From Candidatus Omnitrophota bacterium (GTDB taxonomy: Bacteria > Omnitrophota > Gorgyraeia > Zapsychrales > Fredricksoniimonadaceae), in NCBI GenBank assembly GCA_002753465.1, contig PEAF01000001.1, positions 5,455-69,454 of the forward strand: a stretch of DNA of 64,000 nt. Reading direction: 5' to 3'. The translations under genes were made by a program, and so were the position numbers. Under the pieces are notes generated by a model. It had not been told where the DNA came from. It worked only from the letters and a program-made list of their open reading frames with translations, and made no database searches. Shown one piece after another: positions 18,389 to 27,422 of this stretch; the stretch's first letter is position 1; each line of letters starts with the position of its first letter.

Positions 18389-19000
18389 ATGGAAGCATTT
18401 ACGACGTTAACAGGGATCGCGGCACCGCTGGATCGTTCCAATGTGGATACGGATGCGATCATTCCCAAGCAGTTTTTAAGGAAGATCGAGCGTACCGGTT
18501 TCGGCAAACATCTTTTTCATGAGTGGCGTTACCTGGATTACGAGGGGACCAAAGAGAACCCTGATTTTATTCTCAACAAAGAACCTTTTCGCAAAGCCAA
18601 GATCCTTCTGGCACGGGATAATTTCGGCTGTGGTTCATCGCGTGAACATGCTCCGTGGGCACTGGCTGATTTCGGGTTTCGTTGTATTATCGCGCCCAGC
18701 TTCGCTGACATTTTTTACAATAACTGCATCAAGAACGGGATATTGCTGGTCAAGTTAAAGGCGGATGACGTTGACGAGCTTTTTGCTGTTTCAGCGTTTG
18801 GGAAATCAGGTCTTATCGCTGTGGATCTGGATAAGCAGGTCGTTGGGGCGGCAAGCAAGAAGTTCAGCTTTGAGATCGATCCTTTTAATAAAGAATGTTT
18901 ACTTAAGGGGTTGGATCAGGTCGGTTGGACGCTTCAATTTTCATCAAAGATCGATGATTTTGAGGCGACTATGGCCAAGGATAAGCCCTGGTTGAAATAA
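18389..19000 (+). CDS. leuD: 3-isopropylmalate dehydratase small subunit
   Basis: 203 aa. [13 protein letters not shown]...[15 protein letters not shown]. Starts 3 nt after leuC. Confidence 0.95.
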   Translation: MEAFTTLTGIAAPLDRSNVDTDAIIPKQFLRKIERTGFGKHLFHEWRYLDYEGTKENPDFILNKEPFRKAKILLARDNFGCGSSREHAPWALADFGFRCIIAPSFADIFYNNCIKNGILLVKLKADDVDELFAVSAFGKSGLIAVDLDKQVVGAASKKFSFEIDPFNKECLLKGLDQVGWTLQFSSKIDDFEATMAKDKPWLK

Positions 19001-19043
19001 TTATTTACGCCTGGTGGCAAAGAGTAAAATCAGTGTTACAATT

Positions 19044-19080
19044 GAACCATCGTCACTTACGTGATGATGGTTCTTTTTTT
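19044..19080 (+). terminator. Rho-independent terminator after leuD
   Basis: GAACCATCGTCAC-ttac-GTGATGATGGTTC (one G-U pair) followed by TTTTTTT. Confidence 0.8.
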
Positions 19081-19103
19081 ACCTTAATATTTTGTGAGGT
19101 CAT

Positions 19104-20168
19104 ATGGCAGGAAATTCCTTTGGAGAAGTCTTTCGCGTAACGACTTTCGGTGAAAGCCATGGTGCGGCCATTGGTTGTATTATTGACGGGGTCCCGCCTA
19201 ATATTATCCTTTCAGAAAAAGATATTCAGCATGACCTTGATCGTCGCAAGCCAGGTCAAAGTGAAGTAACGACAGCACGTCAGGAAAGTGACGCTGTTGA
19301 GATCCTTTCCGGCGTTTTTGAAGGACGAACGACCGGCACATCCCTTGCACTTTTGATCCGCAATAAAGACCAGCATTCAGCTGATTATGACAACCTCAAG
19401 GATGTCTTCCGTCCGGGGCATGCGGACTATTCATATTTTCAGAAGTTCGGTATCCGTGATCATCGCGGCGGCGGCAGGTCTTCTGGTCGTGAAACGGCGG
19501 CGCGCGTTGCGGCAGGTGCTGTGGCCAAGAAGATCCTGAGTTTTGAAGGTGTTCGTATTGTGGCGTATACATTGGCTGTTGGTGATATCGTTGTCGATGG
19601 GGTTGATCATTCTGTCATAGAGCAGAATATTGTCCGGGCGCCTGATCTGCGTAAGTCACAGGAGATGATCGCACGCATCAATGAGGCCCGAGAGTTGGGG
19701 GATTCTATCGGAGGCATTGTAGAGGCTGTTGTTATGGGGTGTCCGCCGGGGTTAGGTGATCCTGTCTTTGACAAGCTTGAGGCGAGGCTTTCTCATGCCA
19801 TGATGTCGATCGGGTCCGTCAAAGGTATTGAATTCGGGGCCGGGTTTGCCGTAGCGCAGATGCGCGGGTCCCAATGCAATGATTCTCCTGTTATCGATAA
19901 GGGGCATCTTAAGACAAAGAATAATATCGCCGGCGGCGTTATCGGCGGGATCGCGACGGGGGAAGATATTTGCTTTCGCATCGCGGTCAAACCGGCATCG
20001 TCGATCGCGCGTTCTCAAATAGCTGCCGCCAAAGATCTTTCCTTAACGTCTTTGGAAGTTAAGGGTCGCCATGATCCATGTTTGTGCCCGCGTATGGTGC
20101 CTGTTGTTGAAGCGATGACAGCTATCGTCCTGGCGGATGCGTATCTTATTCAGAAGACTATCCGATAA
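19104..20168 (+). CDS. aroC: Chorismate synthase
   Basis: 354 aa. FRVTTFGESHG..IGCIIDG.P, RPGHADY and GRHDPC are conserved AroC motifs. Confidence 0.95.
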   Translation: MAGNSFGEVFRVTTFGESHGAAIGCIIDGVPPNIILSEKDIQHDLDRRKPGQSEVTTARQESDAVEILSGVFEGRTTGTSLALLIRNKDQHSADYDNLKDVFRPGHADYSYFQKFGIRDHRGGGRSSGRETAARVAAGAVAKKILSFEGVRIVAYTLAVGDIVVDGVDHSVIEQNIVRAPDLRKSQEMIARINEARELGDSIGGIVEAVVMGCPPGLGDPVFDKLEARLSHAMMSIGSVKGIEFGAGFAVAQMRGSQCNDSPVIDKGHLKTKNNIAGGVIGGIATGEDICFRIAVKPASSIARSQIAAAKDLSLTSLEVKGRHDPCLCPRMVPVVEAMTAIVLADAYLIQKTIR

Positions 20169-20170
20169 AT

Positions 20171-21043
20171 ATGGCTAAGCGCTCACTGGTCGTTTTAATA
20201 ACGGGGTGTTCGAGCGGTTTTGGTTTGCTTACGGCCGCGCGTCTGGCTGTTGCCGGCCATCGCGTGCATGCGACGGTCCGTGACTGTAAAAAGGCCGAAT
20301 TCCTGGAAGCTGAAGTTTCTCGCCGCGGAGCTATAAAGAACCTTCGGATCCATCACCTTGATGTTACAGATGCCTTGCTTGTCAAGAGTGTGGTAACCGA
20401 GGTTACGGCCGAGGAGGGCGTGATCGATGTCCTGATCAATAATGCAGGTTACGGGATCGGCGGCTTCTTCGAAGACCTTACAGATACGGAAATCCGCCAG
20501 CAGTTTGATACGAACTTCTTCGGTGTCCTTAATATGACGCGTGCCGTATTGCCGGTGATGCGTCCGCGCCGTTCAGGGCGCATTATTAATGTTTCCAGCG
20601 TGTCGGCATTTTCGGGGTCACCGACATTCAGTGCCTATGCGTCCAGCAAATGGGCGCTGGAAGGCTTCTCAGAGTGTCTTTATATGGAACTCAAGCCTTT
20701 TAATGTCGACGTCGTTCTGGTTGAGCCTGGATCATACCGTACCAAGATATTTACTGATAATGCGCGCTATGCGCAGACCTTTAATGATGCGCAAAGCCCG
20801 TATTATGAAACCGGCCAGTTGATCAAAAAGTTCGTCGGCCAGCATGTGCGTGCCAGCCGCCGTGATCCCGAGGATGTTGCGGCATATGTGCAGTATCTGG
20901 TTGAGACGCCAAGGCCTAGATTCAGGAATATCATTGGACTTCAGTCCAAATTGCGTTGCTGGGCCGTCAGGCACCTTCCTTTTGAGTTTTACGCATGGAT
21001 AGTCTCCAAATTGCTTTCACCGCGAAAGGGCCCGCATGCTTGA
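20171..21043 (+). CDS. Short-chain dehydrogenase/reductase (SDR) family oxidoreductase
   Basis: TGCSSGFG (TGxxxGxG), NNAG and YASSKWAL (YxxxK) motifs. Confidence 0.9.
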   Translation: MAKRSLVVLITGCSSGFGLLTAARLAVAGHRVHATVRDCKKAEFLEAEVSRRGAIKNLRIHHLDVTDALLVKSVVTEVTAEEGVIDVLINNAGYGIGGFFEDLTDTEIRQQFDTNFFGVLNMTRAVLPVMRPRRSGRIINVSSVSAFSGSPTFSAYASSKWALEGFSECLYMELKPFNVDVVLVEPGSYRTKIFTDNARYAQTFNDAQSPYYETGQLIKKFVGQHVRASRRDPEDVAAYVQYLVETPRPRFRNIIGLQSKLRCWAVRHLPFEFYAWIVSKLLSPRKGPHA

Positions 21044-23129
21044 GCCTGTTTCTTTTATCAAGCGTTGTGCCATTGTAAAAAGTCTGCCTGTTTTTGCCCA
21101 ATTAGATTGGTTCCGTATCCAGTCTATTGCGCGTTATGGAGAGGTGGTTCACTGCCATAAGGGTGAGCGCATTGTTCATAAAGGTGCGGCGCCTGATTTT
21201 GTATATTTCATCGTTTCAGGACGCCTGCAATCTTTTTCGCTGGATAGTGACGGGGGAAAGGATGACCTTGAGTTTCTTCATCGCGGGATGTTCTTCGGGA
21301 TCATTTCGGCTCTTACCGGTCAGGAGCATTCCCAAACATTCGAAGCGATCAATGATTCTGTGATCCTCCGTATCCCCGTTAATAAATTCCGCAAGCTTTT
21401 GAAGCAGATACCTGACCTTAGCATGAAGTTCACCAAGATCCTGTCTCAGCGCATCCGCAGCAAGGTGACCAAGACCGAACTTGTCAGCCGAAGTACAATC
21501 ATTTCAGTTTATGCGCCCATTTCAGGGTCGGGCGGGTCGACCTACGCTGTCAATCTGGCCATGAGCCTGGCCAAGGAGACCGGTGAGAAGGTGGTGTGGG
21601 TGAGCATCCGCTCATCAAAGCCGCCCGAGCGTTCGTTTGTGTCCGATATTGATGATGTCCGTCCTAAATGGCTGCGCGAGCCACGGTATTTAACGGAATT
21701 GGTGGGTGATTTTGAGCATATCCTCGAGCATGTTATCAAAAGCGATGTGGGCGTCGACCTTTTGAATGTTATCTTTGACCCACAGGATAAAAGTGTTGTC
21801 GGGCATATCAGTGAATTTGTCAGCCGTTTTATTGATGAATACCGCTATGTGATCGTCGATCTGCCCAGCGACATGGACGATGTTGTTTTAAAAACACTTT
21901 CTCAATCTGACTTTATTCATCTGGTGATGCTGCGTAAACGTGATGCGCTGGACGTCGGACGCACGATGCTTGACCGCATTGAAGAGTTTTTAAAAGAGGA
22001 TTTCAATGACGAGCGGGTCAAGATCATTATCGGGGGAGCCTACATACACCGTAATATTTCCGAGATCTCTGTGCGTGAGGTCTTAGATTATGATGTGATG
22101 GCATTCCTGCCGCATATACAGCATAAGGACCTGGCGGTCAAGATCGAGACGGATGCTATATCTTTCATGCCCATAAGTCCGACGAGCAATTACGGCAAGA
22201 TGATCACGCGTGTTTCACGTCAGATATCCGGTGTTTCCATAGGGCTTGTTCTGGGTGGGGGTGCCGCATTCGGCCTGGCGCATATTGGCGTGCTGAAAGT
22301 TCTTGAAGAAGAGGGGATACCCATTGATGTTGTGGTCGGCAGTTCCATGGGGGCGCTTATCGGCGGTTTATGGGCGGCGGGCTATCATGCGACTGACATC
22401 GAAAAAATGGCGTATGAGTTCAAGAAGAAATCTAATTTGATCAAGCTCATTGATGTGGTATTCCCTTTGTCAGGGCTTATCAGCGGTAAGGCGGTCATGA
22501 TGTGGCTGCACAGTAAGCTGGGCAAGCGTACATTCAAGGACACGAAGATCCCGTTGAAAGTTGTGGCCTATGACCTGGTCCACCGCCAGGATTTGATCAT
22601 TGAGGAAGGCAGCCTTGTTCAGGCCATACGTAAGAGTATCTCGATCCCCGGAGTTTTTCAGCCGATCATCAGTGACGAGCAGATCATCATTGACGGTGGC
22701 GTCATGAATCCTTTGCCCACTAATGTTCTGGTCGCTTCTGATGTGAAAAAGATCATTGCGGTCAATGTGCTGCAGACGCCGGATGATGTGATCAAATCCT
22801 ATGAAAAAGCCAGGGCGGAGATCCACAAGTCATTGCAGGTTTCATTCGTTCGCGAGCCGTTGAAGTATATCGCCAATCATATAAAATGCTGGGTGAACAA
22901 GCGTTTCTTTCCTAATATTTCGGACATTATTGTGCGCACCCTTGAAGCGTCAGAAAGTGTCATTGCGCTTCAGAGCGGCAGGGCCGCTGATATTGTGATC
23001 CATCCTGACCTGACGGGCCTAAGTTGGTATGAGCTTTATCAGGCCGAGGAGCTTATCAAGCGCGGTGAGGAAGCGACACGTAAACACATAGATAAACTGC
23101 GAACCATCGTTAACAAAAAGAAACATTAA
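21036..23129 (+). CDS. Three-domain protein: cyclic-nucleotide-binding domain, degenerate ParA/MinD-like domain and patatin-like phospholipase
   Basis: A CAP_ED-like N-terminus (..FVYFIVSGRLQS...RGMFFGIISALTG..). A middle segment ISVYAPISGSGGSTYAVNLAMSLA...YVIVDLPSD with no Walker-A lysines. Patatin motifs GLVLGGGAAFGLAHIG, GSSMGALIG (GxSxG) and IIDGGVMNPLP. Confidence 0.85.
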   Translation: MLEPVSFIKRCAIVKSLPVFAQLDWFRIQSIARYGEVVHCHKGERIVHKGAAPDFVYFIVSGRLQSFSLDSDGGKDDLEFLHRGMFFGIISALTGQEHSQTFEAINDSVILRIPVNKFRKLLKQIPDLSMKFTKILSQRIRSKVTKTELVSRSTIISVYAPISGSGGSTYAVNLAMSLAKETGEKVVWVSIRSSKPPERSFVSDIDDVRPKWLREPRYLTELVGDFEHILEHVIKSDVGVDLLNVIFDPQDKSVVGHISEFVSRFIDEYRYVIVDLPSDMDDVVLKTLSQSDFIHLVMLRKRDALDVGRTMLDRIEEFLKEDFNDERVKIIIGGAYIHRNISEISVREVLDYDVMAFLPHIQHKDLAVKIETDAISFMPISPTSNYGKMITRVSRQISGVSIGLVLGGGAAFGLAHIGVLKVLEEEGIPIDVVVGSSMGALIGGLWAAGYHATDIEKMAYEFKKKSNLIKLIDVVFPLSGLISGKAVMMWLHSKLGKRTFKDTKIPLKVVAYDLVHRQDLIIEEGSLVQAIRKSISIPGVFQPIISDEQIIIDGGVMNPLPTNVLVASDVKKIIAVNVLQTPDDVIKSYEKARAEIHKSLQVSFVREPLKYIANHIKCWVNKRFFPNISDIIVRTLEASESVIALQSGRAADIVIHPDLTGLSWYELYQAEELIKRGEEATRKHIDKLRTIVNKKKH

Positions 23130-23130
23130 T

Positions 23131-23544
23131 ATGGCAAAGAAAAATCCGAACATCGTTCAAAGGCCGTGGGGTACGTACAACAAGTTTTTTCAGGAAGCTG
23201 GCGTCTGGGTCAAGCGCGTTGAGGTCGAGCCGGGGTCAAGGCTTTCATTGCAAAAGCATAATCACAGGTCTGAGAAGTGGATCATTGTTTCAGGGCAAGG
23301 GTTGGTTGTCATTAACAAGGTCACTTTACCTGTTGGCCCCGGTTCTGTTATCGACGTGCCATTAGGCGCGCTGCATCGCATGGCTAACACCGGCAGGAAG
23401 CCGCTGGTTTTTATCGAGGTGGCGTGTGGCGACAAGTTAACTGAAGATGATATTGTCCGTTTACATGATGACTTTGACAGGATCGTAGGTGCCGGCGGAG
23501 CTGTTACGAAAAGTAATGTTCGTTCAAGGAAGAGATCTAAATGA
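23131..23544 (+). CDS. Cupin-domain protein (phosphomannose isomerase type II C-terminal cupin-like)
   Basis: RPWGTYNKF...[29 protein letters not shown]...LHRMANTG is the cupin pattern of type II PMI C-terminal domains. Confidence 0.8.
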   Translation: MAKKNPNIVQRPWGTYNKFFQEAGVWVKRVEVEPGSRLSLQKHNHRSEKWIIVSGQGLVVINKVTLPVGPGSVIDVPLGALHRMANTGRKPLVFIEVACGDKLTEDDIVRLHDDFDRIVGAGGAVTKSNVRSRKRSK

Positions 23545-23957
23545 AATCGGCAACGCATTACCTGTGGATCAATACGCACGATCGGCAGGGCTTTCTAAAT
23601 ATTACGTCTCAGGTTGACGCTGAGTTGCATAAAAGCGGCATCAAAGAGGGGCTTTGCCTTGTCAATGCGATGCATATTACGGCGTCTGTTTTTATTAACG
23701 ATGATGAGTCTGGTTTGCATAAAGACTTTGCTGTTTGGCTGGAAAAGTTGGCTCCTTTTGGAAAAGACAAGTATCAACACAATCTGACGGGCGAGGATAA
23801 TGCTGACGCGCATTTAAAACGCACTGTTATGGGTCGTGAAGTTGTTGTGGCGGTGACTGATGGCAAGCTTGATCTTGGCCCGTGGGAGCAGATATTTTAT
23901 GGTGAATTTGACGGACAGCGTAGAAAGCGTGTCCTTATCAAGATCATCGGTGAGTAG
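23541..23957 (+). CDS. YjbQ/UPF0047 family protein (secondary thiamine-phosphate synthase-like)
   Basis: 138 aa. [21 protein letters not shown]...[39 protein letters not shown] matches the YjbQ family. ATGA overlap with the cupin gene. Confidence 0.85.
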   Translation: MKSATHYLWINTHDRQGFLNITSQVDAELHKSGIKEGLCLVNAMHITASVFINDDESGLHKDFAVWLEKLAPFGKDKYQHNLTGEDNADAHLKRTVMGREVVVAVTDGKLDLGPWEQIFYGEFDGQRRKRVLIKIIGE

Positions 23958-23964
23958 GGTCCCT

Positions 23965-24375
23965 ATGGACAATAAAAAGAAGATCATTGTGACCATTTGG
24001 ATAAGCGCGATCATTCTGACGGCTTTGATCTGCGTTGTGCCGGTTAAGTCAGACCGGTATTTTGTTTCACTGCGCGTCTTATTCCATGAGCGGCAGGCTG
24101 TTCAGGCGAATATCCCTAAAAATGACCCTTTCAAATTCCTGCGCGATCCCAAAGGGGATGTTAAAGTCATTCAGATGCTTGAAGAAGCTGCCAATGAGGA
24201 CGGAAAATGGTTCTTTATTTGTATCGGGGCTATTTTTATTGTCGTTAATGCTGTGGCCGTTTTTTTGTATATTTTCAATATGACGCCTGTTCATATTGCC
24301 CTTTGGGTAGCTGGTCCGTGTCTGATCACGGGAGCTTTGGTCTTTCAAAGTTTTATCCGAATAAGTCCTTTCTAA
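23965..24375 (+). CDS. Small membrane protein, unknown function
   Basis: Starts MDNKKKIIVTIWISAIILTALICVVP and has three hydrophobic helices. The start was taken at the internal ATG 23965, because the 23860 start would overlap yjbQ. Confidence 0.5.
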   Translation: MDNKKKIIVTIWISAIILTALICVVPVKSDRYFVSLRVLFHERQAVQANIPKNDPFKFLRDPKGDVKVIQMLEEAANEDGKWFFICIGAIFIVVNAVAVFLYIFNMTPVHIALWVAGPCLITGALVFQSFIRISPF

Positions 24376-24432
24376 ACTATTATGGTGTTGTTTATGAGGT
24401 TTGACAGAATATATGGATGGAAGGGCTTAATT

Positions 24433-26682
24433 ATGAGAATTCGATTTAATTTACAGCAAAAATTATTTCTGTCGATTTTAGTCAGTGTTGTTTTTACAGC
24501 CATTGCTATGGGTATGTTTTCAAGCAAGCTGGTTGCACTTCTTGTTGTTTTTGTTGGCCTATCGGTGTCGTTATGGATCGCACATGAGACGCTGAAGCCT
24601 CTGGCATTAATCACCCGTGTTTCCAGGGATATTCTGTCGGGAAGGCTTAATGCACGCATTGATATTAAATCCAACGATGAATTTGCCGATCTGGGGGTAT
24701 TGTTCAATGAAATGACCGAGCAACTGGATCAGTCGCAGTCCGTACTCAAAAAAGAACGTGATGCACTGAGTACAGTCAACCAGAATATCGAGGCGTTGAT
24801 TGAAGGGGCCATGGCGGATGTTCATGCACGGCGCGAGAACCCTAACTTGTGCAAGTGTTGGGAAGTTAAGAAATGCGATAAGAAAGAATGTCCTTCCTAT
24901 CACGCTAGTAATTTGCGCTGCTGGTCAGTATCCGGAACGTTTTGCGGCGGGGTTGCACAGGGGGAATTTGCCAAGAAATATGGAAATTGCGAGAAATGCG
25001 ACGTCTATAAGCATGCGGTTAAAGACCCGGTTTTTGCTATTTCCGAGAAGTTCAATAGTCTCATGGACCTTTTGGACGCACGGGCTAATGAATTAAGGGT
25101 AGCGGCAAAAAAGATGGAGCACGCCTATAACGTCAAAGGTCAATTCCTGGCGAATATGAGCCATGAGATTCGTACGCCCATGAATGTGGTGCTGGGGTAT
25201 GCTTCTTTGCTGGCCAAGACGCCGTTGAGTGAAAAACAGCTGAGACATGTCAAATTGATCACCTCCGGCGGAGAATTATTGCTGGGAGTTATTAATGATA
25301 TCCTGGATGTTACAAAATTCGAGTCTGGGAAAGTGATGCTTGAGGTTATTGAGTTCAAACTCGATTATTTATGCCGCGATGTTTTTTATATGATCCAGTC
25401 GCGTTTAATTAACACAGATATAAATACATTTATAAAAATTGCGCCGGATGTCCCTCTCAGGCTAAAAGGTGACCCCACACGGTTAAGGCAAGTATTGATG
25501 AACCTTCTGGGTAATGCCGTTAAATTCACTAAAAAAGGCGAGATAGGGATCAGCATCTTTAAAGATGATCATTCTGTTGAACAGGGTTTTGTTGCGCTAA
25601 GAATTGAGATCTCTGATACAGGGATCGGGATCCCGCCGGGTAAAAGGGAGGAAATTTTTGAGCCATTCAGTCAGGCAGATATATCAACAACGCGCCAGTA
25701 CGGCGGGACTGGTTTAGGCTTGACGATATGCAAAGCGATCGTTCATGCGATGGGCGGGGATATTCACGTTGAATCGGAGGAGGGGAAGGGAAGTAAGTTT
25801 ATTTTTACAACAACTTTTAACGTTATGGAAGATTCGTTTATCAGTGAGATTTACACGGCAGAATTAGAGCAGCTTAAAGGAAAGCGGGTTGTGATCATTG
25901 ATGACCGTCAGCAGAATTGTGACATTCTGGCTCAATATTGTCAGGATGCCGGCTTGGTCGTTTCCGGTATCTTCTATGACTCTGATGGAGCTTATAATGG
26001 CGTGAGCAATCTTGTTAAGGCTGGAGATGTTCCCGATATTATTTTGTCTGACATCATGATGCCGGGTGTGAGCGGGCATGATCTTGCCAAGCGTTTTAGA
26101 GCTGATCAGGCTATCAAGGGAATTAAACTTGTTGCTATAACGTCTGACGCGTCTATTGGGAGTGCTAAAGAGGCTCATGATGCCGGATTCAACGGTTATT
26201 TGACCAAACCGGTTATTCAGGATGATCTTTTGAAGGTTATTGCCGTCGTTTTATTGAATACGCGCCAGGTTGATGAGATCGTGACCCGCCATATTGTCGA
26301 GGAATTGCGGCCCAGTGAAGTGCGAATTCTCGTGGCAGAAGATAATATGGCTAATCAGGAATTGATGCGGGAATATTTGAACATGTTGAATGTAACATGT
26401 GATTTTGTCAGTAATGGGCAGGAGGCCATTGATAAGTTAAAGCAGAATAAGTATAACCTTTGCTTTATGGATGTGCAGATGCCGGTTATGGACGGGCTTA
26501 CTGCGACGAGGATCATCCGTGAACAGATCTCTAAAGATTTTCCGGTGATCGCACTTTCAGCGGCTGTTTTGACAGAAGATAGAAAAAGAGGCGAGGCGGC
26601 GGGGATGAACGATTACGTCAACAAGCCGGTTGATTTCCAAACGCTTAAAGAAATGATCATTAAATGGAAAAAAGAGGTTTGA
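24433..26682 (+). CDS. Hybrid sensor histidine kinase with HAMP, Cys-rich (two-CW-like) module, HisKA, HATPase_c and two receiver domains
   Basis: H-box SHEIRTPMN. N/G boxes LMNLLGNAVKFT, DTGIGI and GGTGLGLTIC. REC1 ..IILSDIMMPGVSGHDL.. and REC2 ..CFMDVQMPVMDGLT... An alternative start is at 24382. Confidence 0.9.
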   Translation: MRIRFNLQQKLFLSILVSVVFTAIAMGMFSSKLVALLVVFVGLSVSLWIAHETLKPLALITRVSRDILSGRLNARIDIKSNDEFADLGVLFNEMTEQLDQSQSVLKKERDALSTVNQNIEALIEGAMADVHARRENPNLCKCWEVKKCDKKECPSYHASNLRCWSVSGTFCGGVAQGEFAKKYGNCEKCDVYKHAVKDPVFAISEKFNSLMDLLDARANELRVAAKKMEHAYNVKGQFLANMSHEIRTPMNVVLGYASLLAKTPLSEKQLRHVKLITSGGELLLGVINDILDVTKFESGKVMLEVIEFKLDYLCRDVFYMIQSRLINTDINTFIKIAPDVPLRLKGDPTRLRQVLMNLLGNAVKFTKKGEIGISIFKDDHSVEQGFVALRIEISDTGIGIPPGKREEIFEPFSQADISTTRQYGGTGLGLTICKAIVHAMGGDIHVESEEGKGSKFIFTTTFNVMEDSFISEIYTAELEQLKGKRVVIIDDRQQNCDILAQYCQDAGLVVSGIFYDSDGAYNGVSNLVKAGDVPDIILSDIMMPGVSGHDLAKRFRADQAIKGIKLVAITSDASIGSAKEAHDAGFNGYLTKPVIQDDLLKVIAVVLLNTRQVDEIVTRHIVEELRPSEVRILVAEDNMANQELMREYLNMLNVTCDFVSNGQEAIDKLKQNKYNLCFMDVQMPVMDGLTATRIIREQISKDFPVIALSAAVLTEDRKRGEAAGMNDYVNKPVDFQTLKEMIIKWKKEV

Positions 26683-26701
26683 GCCTCCTGCAGGTAAGTG
26701 T

Positions 26702-27085
26702 GTGACCAGCCTTGAAAATACGCGCATTGATAAATGGTTATGGTCAGTGCGCATATGTAAGACGCGCGTGATCGCCACCGATCTATGCAAAAGGCATAAG
26801 GTGAGCATTGATGGGCAGGAGGTCAAGCCATCGCGTGACGTTAAAGTCGGGCAGATTATCAGCGTTCGAAAAGAAGGGATCGCCTGGCAGTATCGGGTTT
26901 TAAAATGTATCGACAAGCGTGTTGGCGCTGGCGTTGTTAAAGAGTCCTGCGAAGATATAACGCCTCTTGAGGAAAAAAATAAGATCGCCCTCATCAAGGG
27001 AGGGTGGGTGCCGCGGCGGGCTAAAGGCGAAGGCCGTCCGACCAAGAAGGATCGCCGGGAAATGGATCGCGTTTTAGGATTGTAA
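26702..27085 (+). CDS. S4-domain RNA-binding protein (Hsp15/HslR-like)
   Basis: GTG start. RIDKWLWSVRICKTRVIATDLCKRHKVSIDGQEVKPSRDVKVGQIISV is an S4 alpha-L motif. Confidence 0.8.
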   Translation: MTSLENTRIDKWLWSVRICKTRVIATDLCKRHKVSIDGQEVKPSRDVKVGQIISVRKEGIAWQYRVLKCIDKRVGAGVVKESCEDITPLEEKNKIALIKGGWVPRRAKGEGRPTKKDRREMDRVLGL

Positions 27086-27107
27086 TAGTCGCCATAGAAA
27101 GAAATGC

Positions 27108-27350
27108 ATGTCCGAACAACCACAGCTCCCTGATCCGGATTATCTTTTAAAACTTCTTCAAACACGCATGCCTTTTGGAAAATACAAGGACTGGCTGCTC
27201 ATCGACCTGCCGGAAACGTATATTTGCTGGTTCAGCCGTAAAGGATTTCCGGAGGGTTCTTTGGGCATGATGCTTAAAAGTATTTATGAGATCAAGCTTA
27301 ATGGATTAGAAGGCCTTCTGGAGCCTATTCGAAAAACAATGAAGCAATAA
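27108..27350 (+). CDS. DUF3820-family small protein
   Basis: 80 aa. MPFGKYKDWLLIDLPETYICWFSRKGFPEGSLG matches my recollection of the DUF3820 pattern. Confidence 0.7.
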   Translation: MSEQPQLPDPDYLLKLLQTRMPFGKYKDWLLIDLPETYICWFSRKGFPEGSLGMMLKSIYEIKLNGLEGLLEPIRKTMKQ

Positions 27351-27422
27351 GTTTATGGGTAGCGTAGAGATATAATTTATTTCTACATTGTTTTAGAGTC
27401 TCTCTTTGTTTACAATGGCTTC

